Shown here: one piece after another, positions 19,909 to 30,614 of the stretch
Numbering within the stretch: position 1 is the first letter of the stretch
Layout: the number at the start of each line of letters is the position of its first letter
Assembly (NCBI GenBank): GCA_964019335.1
Contig: OZ025755.1
Span: 62,001 to 126,000, forward strand
Reading direction: 5' to 3'
DNA from: Diplonema japonicum
Taxonomy: Eukaryota > Protista > Euglenozoa: Diplonemea
DNA: 64,000 nt
The notes under the pieces: generated by a model
The model's database searches: none
What the model saw: only the letters and a program-made list of their open reading frames with translations
Told to the model about the DNA's origin: nothing
Program-made: the position numbers and the translations under genes

Positions 19909-20143
19909 TTTTTTTTCTTTTTTTTTTTTTTTTTTTTTTATAGTTACTTGAAAAAAAAAAAAAAAAGATTGAAACTTTTGACGAAAAAAAAAAATGATTT
20001 AAGAAAAAAAAAGTTCATTATTCCTTGATATCATTGATGGAAAATATAAAAAAAGAGAAGAAAAAAAAAAGGGGGAAAGGGGGGATGGAGGAAAAAAAAA
20101 AAAAAGATGGGATATGATGTAATGTAGGAAGGGTGGAAAAAAA

Positions 20144-20718
20144 AATAACTATTTATTGCCAACAAATAATGAGTCATTATTTAACTCGAGTTCCCGAATT
20201 TTTTGCACGAGGGCCCGCAGGGCCCGAGTGCAAAAAAACGGGTAACGAGTGTTAAATAATGGCTCATTTGGCGGCAAGTAAGTCGTTTTATTTCACTCTT
20301 CGTCATTTGAGTCACTCACTCTTCACTGCTTTCACTGCTGTTTTTTTTCACGCAGGTCAGCTTTTTGGGGATTTTCCTAAGGTAATACAGGGTAGCTATT
20401 TCGCCGTGGCATTTAAAGGGGAAGTAAGGCACTTATTCCCACTTTTAAGGGCTGGAATGGCCTCAGATGGCCAAAAATAGTCAAAATACCCCCACCCCAA
20501 AAAAATTTTTCAAGGGGTTGGGTGCATTTTTTTCCACGACAAGACCCATTTTTTCACTCTGAAGGGCCATTATTTAACTGCAAAATCTCATTATTTAACT
20601 AGTTAAATAATGGCGATTTCGCGTTAAATAATGGCCGTTTCGCGTTAAATAATGGCCATTTCGCGTTAAATAATGAGGCCCCTAGTGAGTGAAGAAAATG
20701 ACGAAGAGTGAAATAAAA
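20144..20718 (+). mobile_element. Non-autonomous Crypton-like hairpin element, copy 1 (575 bp)
   Basis: Near-identical inverted copy at 50765-51339. About 130-nt terminal hairpin (20153-20281) with core cacGAgggcccGCAgggcccGAgtg. Internal inverted pair tttatttcactcttcgtcattt / aaatgacgaagagtgaaataaa. No TIR pair or clear TSD; aataa at both termini. Shares the terminus actatttatt and the hairpin layout with the YR-bearing element at 22588. Confidence 0.8.
20602..20675 (+). repeat. 21-bp tandem repeat (3.5 units) inside the hairpin element
   Basis: gttaaataatggcgatttcgc, gttaaataatggccgtttcgc, gttaaataatggccatttcgc, gttaaataatg; mirrored in copy 2. Confidence 0.9.
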
Positions 20719-20808
20719 AAAAAAAAAAAAAAAAAAAAAAAACTATAAAAAAAAGGGGTGGATGAGTAAGAAAAAAAAAAAAGAAGAAGGAAAAAAAATT
20801 TTTTTTTC

Positions 20809-21881
20809 TTATTGGGTTGTTTTTGGTTTCTTTGTCTTGGGGAGGATGGAGGGACCCACCTCGTCGCTGCCCTCCACCAAACCCATTCCAGACGAGCGTT
20901 TCCTCTTGTGCGCCTTGAATTTTCTGGTCCCCATGGTCGCAAGCTTTTTCGTCTGCGCCTCAAGATGCAGCTGCCCGTGTTGACCGAGCATATCGGTGGA
21001 CATATTTTTCGCGTTTTTGACAATAACACCTTTCGGTTGTTTGCATGTGAATCTGTGTTTTTTTTTTTTTTTTTTTTTTAAATTCTCCCATACTTGAACA
21101 TCTGCGGTGTCGCGAATGCGACCCGCCTCACCTCGAAATCAATTGTCGGCCCCACGTTGGTGAGCTCGATTTTCGGGATTTTTGTTCCGGATTTTTTCAA
21201 GGCCACCGCGTAATGCCGGACCATAATGGTCGCGTTCTCCACCGAACGGCCGTCGTCCGCTACTGTAATCTCTTTGCTGGGGTTTGTGGGCCTCACGGTG
21301 ACGTCGATAACGTGGTCCAACCCCAAGAGCTGCACCTTCTCGATAATCTTCCCACGGAAGAAATCCGCAAACAGGTTTTGAATCCTCTGAAACGTTGGGT
21401 TTGTGTTGAACAGGGAACCGTGGAAAAGCATCATTGGCTTGGAACCTGCGATGACCCTTGTTGAATCTGTGAAGCCTTCGTACTTGGTGATACCGAGTTC
21501 CAACATATCGAGAACTTGGTAGTCAAACTGCCTGCCGATAATGAAGTTATGCGGGCGTTTTTTTTTCGCACCTCCAACATGCGAACCGAACGCGAACAGA
21601 GACGAATCGTTCTTGAACGCAAGGAATTCCAAATGCTTCGCATCGTCAAACGGCCGGAACGGGTTCTTTTGTGTCAGCTTCACCGCGTACGGTTTTTTCA
21701 ACATGTACAAGTCGGTCATGACACTTTGCACCACACCGCTGCATCGCTCGCCCTTCAGGAAAATACAGGTCTTTGGGTTCTCAATCCGTTTTGGCATCAC
21801 CTTCTTCAGCGCAACTTTTGCCTTGTGTGTTTTCGGTGCGCCTCGCACCAGCCCTCCCGAAGTTGTGTGCCCGCTTACCAT
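20809..21881 (-). CDS. RPF2: Ribosome biogenesis protein RPF2 (Brix domain); 1 intron 21053-21093
   Basis: Motifs PKRIENPK, KNDSSLFAFGSH, KKRPHN, DMLELG, GSKPM, GLDHV, IELTNVGP. Removing the 41-nt gtatgg..(A)n cacag intron restores the typical C-terminus KQPK..KNMSTDMLG..TRKFK. Confidence 0.92.
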
Positions 21882-22587
21882 TTTTTTTTTTTACCCCCTT
21901 TTTTTTTTTTTTTTTTCTTTGCGGGATGAACAAACAAGAAGGGTGGGAAAGAAGATTATAAGCTCGAAACAAATGGCGGGGGGACACGGGGAGAGGGATC
22001 TTCTCAAAAAAAAAAAAAAAAAAAAAAAAAAGTAGCTGTAAATCTCTTAAATTTTTTTTGTTCCTGAAAAAGAAACAAGGGGGTTGGCTGCATGGAAGAA
22101 ACAAGAAAAGAAAAAAAAATAAAAAAAAATATGTCTCGCATGATGCATATTTTTTTTTTAATTTTTTTTTCCCCCTCGTTCCCCCTCTTCTTCCCTTCTT
22201 TTCCAGAAAAAAAAACTGAGAGATGCCACAGTACAATTGTTGGGGGGAGGATTTTTTTTTTTTTCCTCCTTTCTTTCTCAATCACTGAGAATAATTGTTG
22301 TCACAAAACAAGAAAGGTGGGGGGGCAAAAAAGAATAAATTGAGGGGGGGTAGATAAAAAGAAGGAAATAAAATGTTGCTTAACCCTTAGGCGCCCAGGG
22401 GGGGGGGGGGGGGGGGTTCTTCCTTTTTCCTTTTTTTTTTCTTCCCTTTTTTTTCGAGACGGACTTTTTAAAAAAATATAAATTCTTTTCCTTTTTATTT
22501 ACTTTACCTGCCTCCTCTCCTCTCTCCCTCCCCCCCCCCTTTTTTTACTACCTATTTATTTACTTAAACAAGCCAAAAAAAAAAAAA

Positions 22588-23430
22588 ACTATTTATTTAG
22601 TGAATATAAGATCCTATGATTTCACGCGTGGTGGCAGTGGTTTTGACGAGTGAGGTAATTACTTCACGAGCGAAGCGAGTGTTATAACGTTTAACGAGTC
22701 AAAACTGCCACCACAAGTGAAATCATCAATCTTATATTCACAAATACGTTATTTTATTTAACGACAGCAAAATTTGAGTGGGTGGGAGGTACAGGTGGAA
22801 CCAGTTACAACAGGTGTCGGATATGTGCCTCGGTAGTGCACATGTTTCCTGCGAACATCAACGCTGCATAAGCGTGGCGGACGATGCCATACCTCGGTGC
22901 TAAAGAGTTCTGTTATTTGCTCTTGGGTAAAGATTTTCGCCTTTTTTGTTGACTCGCCTTCTTGGAACCTCTTGAGGGGGGACCTTTAGTCGGGGGTGGT
23001 CTTGCAACTGCTTGTTGTAATTCCTCTTCACAACCGAGTTTAGCCTTGAATAAACCGTCCGGACTGAACGGGCAGCAGGCCTTGCTTGTTCACGTCGCTA
23101 AAATAGAGAATAGAATCCTCTTCTTTCGGACGGGCCCTTCTTTTCCTTCCTATAATTATGAAACACACAAAAGCGTGCCCACTCCTTTTCGTATGGCTCT
23201 TGGAAGGGGGTGAACCCTGCGTCCGCCTCTTGTGCAGTCGGGTTCTTGCCCATCCCAAAGGAACCTTGGTAGGAATTTCTGGAGGGTTTTGCTTAAATTA
23301 GGCCCAGGAGTGAAATAATATTTCATATTTTAACGCTATCAGAATCTTCACTCCTGGGCCTAATTTCTTTTAGAAGCCGCAGCGTGAAAATAAAATCAGG
23401 AGTGAAATAAAGTGAATTCTTATTTTCACT
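22588..23430 (-). mobile_element. Internally deleted Crypton-like (tyrosine recombinase) element
   Basis: About 150-nt imperfect hairpin at 22594-22746 centred on cacGAgcGAAgcGAgtg (22665-22681). YR remnant inside. Second inverted repeat aaattaggcccaggagtgaa/ttcactcctgggcctaattt at about 23295-23366, plus repeated gagtgaaata motifs. Right boundary approximate. Confidence 0.72.
22850..23215 (-). pseudogene. Frameshifted tyrosine-recombinase N-terminal remnant
   Basis: Stitched minus-strand frames read YEKEWARF..SE/EEDSILYFSD..TVYSRLNSVVKRNYNKQLQDHPRLK..LKRFQEGESTKKAKIFTQEQITELF. This fits the pattern I recall for eukaryotic Crypton YRs (YE..Y..F..SE..LL.YF..YS.L.S..LKR...GY.PKK.K.L/FT.EE). 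Catalytic core mostly deleted. Confidence 0.65.
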
Positions 23431-23480
23431 CCCACCCATGAAAATTTTGGTGGAGTTAAATTTAAAAAAAAAAAAAAAAA

Positions 23481-23523
23481 AAAAGGCGATGTTTGAAAGG
23501 GCAAACCCCAGTTGAGAACAACC
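23481..23523. repeat. Dispersed repeat, truncated copy C (3' flank of the TBC gene)
   Basis: aaaaggcgatgt..ccccagttgagaacaacc resembles the first two blocks of copies A and B. Confidence 0.45.
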
Positions 23524-23625
23524 TCAAAAAAAAAACAAAAACAGGGGAGAAAAAAAAAGAGGTTCTTTTTTTTTCGCATTTCACTCGGATCCTCCCCCCC
23601 CAAACACCACCACCATAGGTAAAAA

Positions 23626-25378
23626 TCATCTGACTGACAAAGGAGGGAAAGGAGGTCTCGTTGGGGGTGCCGGCTCCATTGCAATTGCTCCCGATAACGT
23701 GTCCTTAATCTGCAATTTATTTAAATTTTCTTTCCCCCCCCCCCTTATTTAACCCATACCCTCTTCAATTCAGCAATCGCAAGAATATACTCATCTTGCT
23801 GTTTTTCCTTCTGCTCCGGTGTGACACTCCCGTCACGCTCAAACCACTTCGTCCTGCATTTTTTTTTTTTTTTTTTTTTTTTTTCTTGTTTCCCCCTCCC
23901 TCTACATACTCAAAAGCACTGATTACAGTTTGAAGCTGATTCCCCATTTCTTTTTGGGACCTCGTCAGCTCTTCCAATTTCCTTTGATAATGCGACACAG
24001 AAGCCGTCGCTGAGGCAGCCGGGAAGGTTTCCTCAGGCCCTGCAACCGCAGGTTTAACAGCCGGTTTCGGCAGCAACGGGGACGGGTTTACAGGTTTCGG
24101 TGCGGCCTTTGGAGGCGACGGCAATTGCGATACTGGTAAATAATTCGCCAGCGGCGAGTCGGACCACTCCACGGCACGCTCAACAAAAACTGAAATGTTT
24201 TCCACAGGAGGGTACTTCATGAGCCTCTTCAACGTGCTGGAAAAATCCCGTTCTTGAAGATCCTCCGAAAGATAATGAAGCATAGCTGCACCGATCATGG
24301 GGAAAATCCCGTATTCAAGTGGAGAACTCTCGTCCTCCACCTGAACCGACGATTTCGTGATTTTTTTCATTCTTCTGTACAAGACCTCGGTGAAGACAGC
24401 GTCCCATAAAGGAGCGGAACCAGAGACGTCAAACTCCCTTATGAACCACACTCTGAACCAACGGAGGGCGTAGACAGTGGGCTGTATCGAGTGGCTTTTC
24501 AAATGCGCCGCGAGCTTCGGGTCGAATTTCGGTAGAATTTCGTCTTGCAAACGATTGCACAGCTTCACGATTGGTGTGTCGCCCTGGGAACCCCTGCCCA
24601 CTACCTTGTACCATGTCTTGATTGACGTTGAAGGGTCGTTCATTATGTATTCGAAAAGGATGTAAGCATCGGCGATAATATCTTCTTGTTCTGTGGGGAT
24701 CATGGCTTCCAAAAGGTCAAGAGTTTCGGGGGAACACGATTTTATTTGTTCGGGCGACGCGGAGGTAATTGAATTAGCCTCGAAATACATGAAATAGATA
24801 AATGAAGAGAGAACATCATGCATTCCCTGTCTGTAGCCGGTGTCAGAGTTTTCCAAGGAGAAAAGCCGGAGAACCGTGAGCATCGTGGTACGGACGTCTG
24901 GTCGTTCGTAAAGACGATCATCGTCCGCTGACATTCTCGACAAATCTTTGTTGATCTCTCTCTCGATTTGGTTTTGTTTGAAGTATTTGGCCCAAGAGGT
25001 GTCCTTGTGGTCTGATAATGGGTTTTCAATGGCAAGTGCTTCCTCGTCGTCATCTGAGACATCCTTGCATATGTTCACCTCGTGCTTTTTTTGCATCTCC
25101 GAGAATCTTTTTCGGCTTGCGTCGATTTCCGATTCCCATTTCCCGAGCGTCTCGCCCATTTTGCTGTTTTCCGACGGTGTGGACACGGTGTTTAAGAAGA
25201 TCTTCCAGTAGAGCGACCGTATGCTTGTCTGCCTCATCCCGCCCATTCCCATCTTGTATAGGGTGTCTTCTTTGAAATCCTTGAACACCTCCTCGACCTC
25301 CCGGACCATATCGTCGAACCGCAATGGTATTTTCAGCTCTTCCACCTCTTCCTCGTCATCTAGTGTGTCATCTCGCAT
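23626..25378 (-). CDS. TBC-domain Rab GTPase-activating protein (TBC1D5-like); introns 23854-23909 and 23710-23759
   Basis: IRSLYWKIFL, NPLS..SW..YF, arginine finger INKDLSR, glutamine finger YRQGMHD, LRWFR. Two GT-AG introns extend the frame to ..FETKWFER..ELKRIKDTLSG..VR*. Confidence 0.88.
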
Positions 25379-25528
25379 TTTTTTTTTTTTTTTTTTTTTT
25401 GCCTGATGTGGGGGGGAAAAAAAATTGAGGGAGGAGGGGGAAAAAAAAAAACTATTTTTGGCGCTTCACTTTACTTGAGTTTTTACGCTGCCATGTCTCG
25501 GAACAAATAATATTTTCTGTTAAAACAA

Positions 25529-25562
<34 letters not shown>

Positions 25563-25727
25563 GAAAAACAAAAAATAATAATAATAAAATGGCGCGACCC
25601 GGTAGAACGATCCGGTGTCTTACTCTGGTCGTATACCCCTTGTATTTGCTGCAGGCGGAAAGGGAAAAAAAAAAAAAAAAAAATGCTCCCTGCCATCAGC
25701 GTGATAGCGCGGCAAAAACAGAAATAG

Positions 25728-25758
<31 letters not shown>

Positions 25759-26222
25759 ACATTTAAGGGTACCTGCGGTATGTGGCAGGACGCCAAAAAA
25801 AAAAGAAAAAATTAATCTGGAAAAAAAAGGGGGGTAGGGGGGGGGGGGGGGGGGAAGGGGGGGTGGGAGCCCAAGAAAAAAAAAAGAAATGCCTTTTGGA
25901 CACAAGAAGCCGCTTCTAAAGATTCCTAAAAGCACACCAAAATGCTCCCCCCCAAAAAAAAAGCTAAAAAAAAAAAAGAAAAGATGATTTTTTGTTGGTA
26001 GGCCATCGTCCCAGGGGGAAAAAAAAAATCCACAGCGCTACACGGCACTGTGAAGGGACTGTAGGTGAGCATTTTTTTTTTTTGGAGCTTTCCGGGAAGG
26101 GGGGGAGACGAAAAAAGTTATGTACACTTTTTTTTTCTTCTTTTTCTTCTTCTTCTTTTTTTTCTTTATTCATTCTGCTTTCCGAGCATCAAACTCATCA
26201 ACTCTTCAATTTCCTTAAATGT

Positions 26223-26265
<43 letters not shown>

Positions 26266-26410
26266 GAGGGGAATATATATGTATATAGCTCGTCTGGGAA
26301 AGAAATGTCCACAAATGCTCGCGATTTCCGAACTGCCAAAAAAAAACCCGGGGAGGAGGGTATTATAAATCCACCATTTTTTTTTTCCCTCCTTTTTTTT
26401 TCCACCTCCC

Positions 26411-27219
26411 CTACAACACCCCAGATCGTGCTGAGTCACCATCTCGCGGGAGCGTGAGTGGTTCCTGCATTTTTTTTTTTTTTTTTAAAATAAAATTTCC
26501 CATTTCCACACACCTTGCACCCATCATTAGGTACCAAGGCTTCGATGTCAGCCACAAAGAAGTACTCCCCGTCACTACCATCACCTTTGGGCGTCCTGAC
26601 AACTACAAATCCTGTATTGTTGAAGGACACTCTAGCCTGCTCGAGAAGCGGCGCGTCTGCATGCAGCATCCCTACCCAATAATGGCATATTGTCCCCTGT
26701 GTACCAAGAGCAGGCCTCCAAAGACCCCACGCGCTCTGCCCAGACTCTGTTCGAAGTGCACTGGAAGGCCAGATTAGACCGCCGTTAGCAGTGTTCATGT
26801 TCACGAATACCCGCCCGACATCTATGAGGGTAACCTTCCTACCATCCTTCACACGAAACGGAAGAAGCGTCTGAGGAGCAGGTTCCGGCTCTGGGAGAGG
26901 AGGCGCTGGAGTGGCAGGAACAGGGACAGGAACCACCGGTTTGAAAGGAACCTTAAGATTCCTCTGCTTCGCAACAGCCGTAGTCGATGCCGGGTTACCA
27001 CCGCTACTCCTGAGCAGCGAACCTAATATCCGTCTGGAGGCGGGGATGAGAAGCAGTATAAACATCACAAAACCAAAGGCTGTTTTTTTTTTTTTTTTTT
27101 TTTTTTTTTCCGATACCTGTAAACCCCGTGATTACCTCTACCCATGACTCAGCAGCCCACATCCATTGCCGCAACAATCCCAGCGTCACCGCGGCTGTTA
27201 GAGCCGCGGTACCACTCAT
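26411..27219 (-). CDS. Hypothetical membrane-anchored protein; introns 27080-27116 and 26465-26513
   Basis: Splicing gtatcg(A)n cag and gtgtgt..(A)n tgcag joins MSGTAALTAAVTLG..FTAFGFVMFILLL (hydrophobic), a Pro-rich linker, a globular region and EPLTLP..VL*. Confidence 0.7.
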
Positions 27220-27624
27220 TTCCCCCCCCTCCCTTTTTTTTCCCTCTCTCCCCCTTTTTTTTTTCTTAGCTGACAACTCTGAGGACGACAACAATATTGA
27301 TTTTTAAAAAGAAAATGGTTAGGACGAATGTTGGGGGGGGGCAAAGAAAATGAAATGAGGTAGGGCGGGGGGGGATGAAAAATGTAGCGCATCAGCAGTG
27401 GGCATTTTTTTTTTTTTCCCTCCCCTGCGCTGCGCACCAAAAAAAAAAAAAGAATTCCTTTTTTTTTTGAGGTCCACGGTTCCAAGAGTTGAGACCGTGA
27501 CGGAGCGTTTTGTAAAAAAAAAAAAGAAATTGCAACTGCAACCCACATAATTGCCATATTGCTAAATCTGCAAGTGGGGGGGGGACAAATAAAAAATTCG
27601 ATAAAGTTTCAGTGTGTTCACTGG

Positions 27625-27656
<32 letters not shown>

Positions 27657-27764
27657 AAAAGGAAAACACCCCATTTCACCCCTTCTTGATACTGCGAACC
27701 AGTAAAAACACAAGTCAAAAGAATCCCCACACTGAATGAATAAAAAAAAAAAATCAAAATTCCC

Positions 27765-30041
27765 CTACTTCTTCGCGAGCTTCTTCTTCTGCTTCTCCCA
27801 CTCCTTCTTAAGCTTCTTGACGGCACCCTTGCTGAGCTCAGTCCCCTTTTCGTCATGGGTGGGGACACCTTCGCCATCGAAAGCAGAGTACTTGTCCTTC
27901 TGCATCTTAAACATTTCCCTGTAAAAAAAAAAAAATTTTTTTTTTTTGACCTGGAAAATAACATACTCGGCAGGGAGATTTTCCAACATTTTCTTCAGCT
28001 TCAACTGCTCCTCTTGCTGGGCTTTCCTTGAGCGGCCCTGCGTCTTTTCAGGTCCGGACACCCTGAGGGTGATAATTCTGTTGAAAGTCAGGTCGGTGGT
28101 TTTCGTCTTATCCACAGCGAAGTACCCAAGGCGTTCAAACTGGAACTTCTCCAACTCCTTGGCGTCCTTTAGAGTTGCTTCCACCATGGCCTCGGTGGTG
28201 ATCTTGGATTCCGGGTTGACCAGTGCAAGCATTTTTTGTTTCTTCTCCTCAGCCCGCTTGGTGCTGTCCTCGTTTTCTTCATCCTTGGCGTCTTCCTCCT
28301 CGGCCTCAGGCTCAGCTTCCTCCTTACGGGGAAGGAAGAGAGGGTTCAGAAGATGCACAGTTGCGGGGACCGATTCAACCCCAGACACCCATCCAATGTG
28401 CCCCTGCACCTTACGATCGCCAGCAGGAGTGTGTGTGCAAGAGAGTTCCGAAACGACACCCTTTTCGTTCTTTTTGAAGGATGTGACTTTGACAATGATC
28501 CCAACTGCCCTTAACATGACCTCGCCGTCGGGCTTCAGTCTGAAGTAGTCCTCAGGAGGGGTTTCCATGAAGTCCCCGCCGTCTATGTAGAAAGTGCGGG
28601 AGAACTTTACCTTGCGGGTTCCCATGGAAGGGTTCTTGGGGTGGTTGGGGACGTCGAAGGTCTCTGTCTTGTCCTCCGGGTAGTCCGTCAGGGTCACCTT
28701 GATGGGGTTCAACGCCGCGAAGCGTCTGTGGCAGTTCACGTCGAGCTCCTCCCTGATGATTTCGTCAAGCTTCGCTTCATCAACGACGGAGTAGTTCCTC
28801 GTGCAGCCGATGTTCTCACAGAATTTTCGAATCGCAGCAGCGGGGACACCCCTGCGACGGAGTCCGCAGATGGTCGGCATCCTGGGGTCGTTCCAACCAT
28901 CGGCAACGTTGTTCTCAACAAGAGCAAGAAGCAGTCGTTTCGACAAGCGTGTTCCGGTAATGTTCAACCTGGCAAATTCCGTCTGAACAGGCCTGGCTTT
29001 TTCCGCAATAGGAAGATGTTCTAAGTACCAGTTGTAAAGAGGCCGGTGTGCGTCAAACTCCAGCGTGCAGAAAGAATGTGTAATGCCCTCGATAGCGTCC
29101 TCCTGACCGTGGGCGAAGTCGTAAATGGGGAAGATAACCCAGTCTCTGCCGGTATGCGGATGTTCCTTGTACAGAATACGGTACATAAGCGGGTCACGAA
29201 GGTTCATGTTGTCAGACGCCATGTCGATTTTAGCACGGAGAACGTGGGATCCTTCGGGGTGTTTGCCTTCCTTCATTTCGCTGAACAAACGTAGGTTTTC
29301 CTCGACCGACCTTTCACGGAAACGGGAGTTTGTGCCGGGTTTGTCCAGGGTGCCTCTGTTCTCTTTGATCTCGTCTTTTGTTTGAGAATCGACGTAAGCG
29401 TGGCCGTTTTTGATGAGATGCACCGCCCATTCATACAGCTGGCCAAAGTACGATGAAGCGTAATACTTGTGCTCGCCCCAATCGAATCCTAGCCATTTCA
29501 CATCTTCTTGAATGGCGTCGATGTACTCCTGCTTCTCGCTGCTAGGGTTGGTGTCGTCAAACCTTAAATGGCATCGTCCACCGAATTCCTTCGCAAGGCC
29601 GAAGTTCAGGCAGATCGACTTCGCGTGCCCGATGTGAAGGTAGCCGTTCGGTTCTGGTGGGAATCTTGTCCTGATTATGTCGTTCTTTTCCGTTGGACGG
29701 TCGCCGCATCGGCCTCCTTTCTTCAGATCCTTCTTGATGAGGTCGCGGAGGAAGTTTGTCGCGAGAACTTGTTCACCCACTGGTTCCGCGGGTGTGGTGG
29801 TCTTCTTTTCCTCCTTGGGTTTGACATCCACGTGTTTGGGCTTTGCCGCCGGTCCTGCCGGTGGTGCCATGTTCTTCCTCCCCTCTGTCCCGTACAATAC
29901 CATCCTCTGCGCCCATTCCTGCACACCCCTCCCGGCACCGCCCATCAGCTTGCTGAACATCTCCGCGTCCTCCTTCCCAGGCTGGTACCCGCTCAGATAA
30001 GGTTGATTTTTGAGCCGTTCGTTCAGCTCGTTTGTTGACAT
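27765..30041 (-). CDS. QARS: Glutaminyl-tRNA synthetase with EF1B-beta-like N-terminal and CysRS-like C-terminal appendages; intron 27919-27966
   Basis: RFPPEPNGYLHIGHAKSICLNFG (HIGH), LRFDDTNP, THSFCTLEF, RLSKR (KMSKS equivalent), QFERLGYF. A 48-nt gtatgt..tacag intron interrupts LPAEEMFK. Confidence 0.95.
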   Translation of the reverse strand: MSTNELNERLKNQPYLSGYQPGKEDAEMFSKLMGGAGRGVQEWAQRMVLYGTEGRKNMAPPAGPAAKPKHVDVKPKEEKKTTTPAEPVGEQVLATNFLRDLIKKDLKKGGRCGDRPTEKNDIIRTRFPPEPNGYLHIGHAKSICLNFGLAKEFGGRCHLRFDDTNPSSEKQEYIDAIQEDVKWLGFDWGEHKYYASSYFGQLYEWAVHLIKNGHAYVDSQTKDEIKENRGTLDKPGTNSRFRERSVEENLRLFSEMKEGKHPEGSHVLRAKIDMASDNMNLRDPLMYRILYKEHPHTGRDWVIFPIYDFAHGQEDAIEGITHSFCTLEFDAHRPLYNWYLEHLPIAEKARPVQTEFARLNITGTRLSKRLLLALVENNVADGWNDPRMPTICGLRRRGVPAAAIRKFCENIGCTRNYSVVDEAKLDEIIREELDVNCHRRFAALNPIKVTLTDYPEDKTETFDVPNHPKNPSMGTRKVKFSRTFYIDGGDFMETPPEDYFRLKPDGEVMLRAVGIIVKVTSFKKNEKGVVSELSCTHTPAGDRKVQGHIGWVSGVESVPATVHLLNPLFLPRKEEAEPEAEEEDAKDEENEDSTKRAEEKKQKMLALVNPESKITTEAMVEATLKDAKELEKFQFERLGYFAVDKTKTTDLTFNRIITLRVSGPEKTQGRSRKAQQEEQLKLKKMLENLPAEYVIFQVKKKKFFFFYREMFKMQKDKYSAFDGEGVPTHDEKGTELSKGAVKKLKKEWEKQKKKLAKK

Positions 30042-30273
30042 CCTTTTTTTTTTTTTTTTTTTCTCCCCTCTTCTTCGTGTCCGTTTTTTCGCTGCACACT
30101 TAACGCCAAATAGTGTTGCAACCAAAGCCCCATTTTTTTTTTTTTTATTAGAACAAGCACAAAAAAAAGGGGGGAAAGAATTTTTACAAAAAAATCTACA
30201 ATCTAAAGGTAAAACATGATCTTTTTTTAAACGTCAAAGAGTGTACCATAAAGCACACGGGGGCGGGTGTGTG

Positions 30274-30304
<31 letters not shown>

Positions 30305-30371
30305 TGCAATCGAAACGAACCAGCTGCAGCATGGTAGCCGGTAGTGGCGCATCGCATTTCTTGCAGTTGCT

Positions 30372-30474
30372 CCGCCCTTCGTGTCCATCTTGCCGTTGCA
30401 TTCGTCGCAGGCCCACTTGTCCCCCCTCACCTTTCGAAGCTGCTTCAACCGTCCAGGGCATGATGGACATGGTC
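30372..30474 (-). pseudogene. Duplicated zinc-finger fragment (103 bp) of the neighbouring chimeric gene
   Basis: Aligns with 30685-30787 with 4 mismatches and encodes PCPSCPGRLKQLRKVRGDKWACDECNGKMDTKGG. No in-frame start. Confidence 0.75.
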
Positions 30475-30614
30475 TGATTTTCCGTTTTTTTTTTTTTTTT
30501 TTTTTGCCACAAAAAAAAAAAATAAAAAAAGTACAAACTCAGCAGGGAGGGGTTCCAACATTTTCATCAGTTTTAACTGCTTCTTTTGCTAAAGGGTAGA
30601 AAATGGTGAAAAAA

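Noticed and set aside
20259-20480. Identical 73-aa ORFs (also 51003-51224) as a gene pair
   Set aside because: They are a by-product of the duplicated element, starting inside a hairpin arm, with no recognisable protein features.
20602-20675. 21-bp tandem repeats as a CRISPR array
   Set aside because: Units are contiguous with no unique spacers, there are no cas genes, and they lie inside a duplicated mobile element.
22380-22400. ttaacccttaggcgccc as a fourth piggyBac end
   Set aside because: No partner TIR or internal homology seen.
23765-23909. Poly-Lys stretches near gene 3' ends as programmed frameshifts or non-canonical introns
   Set aside because: Ordinary GT-AG boundaries explain each case and restore the frame.
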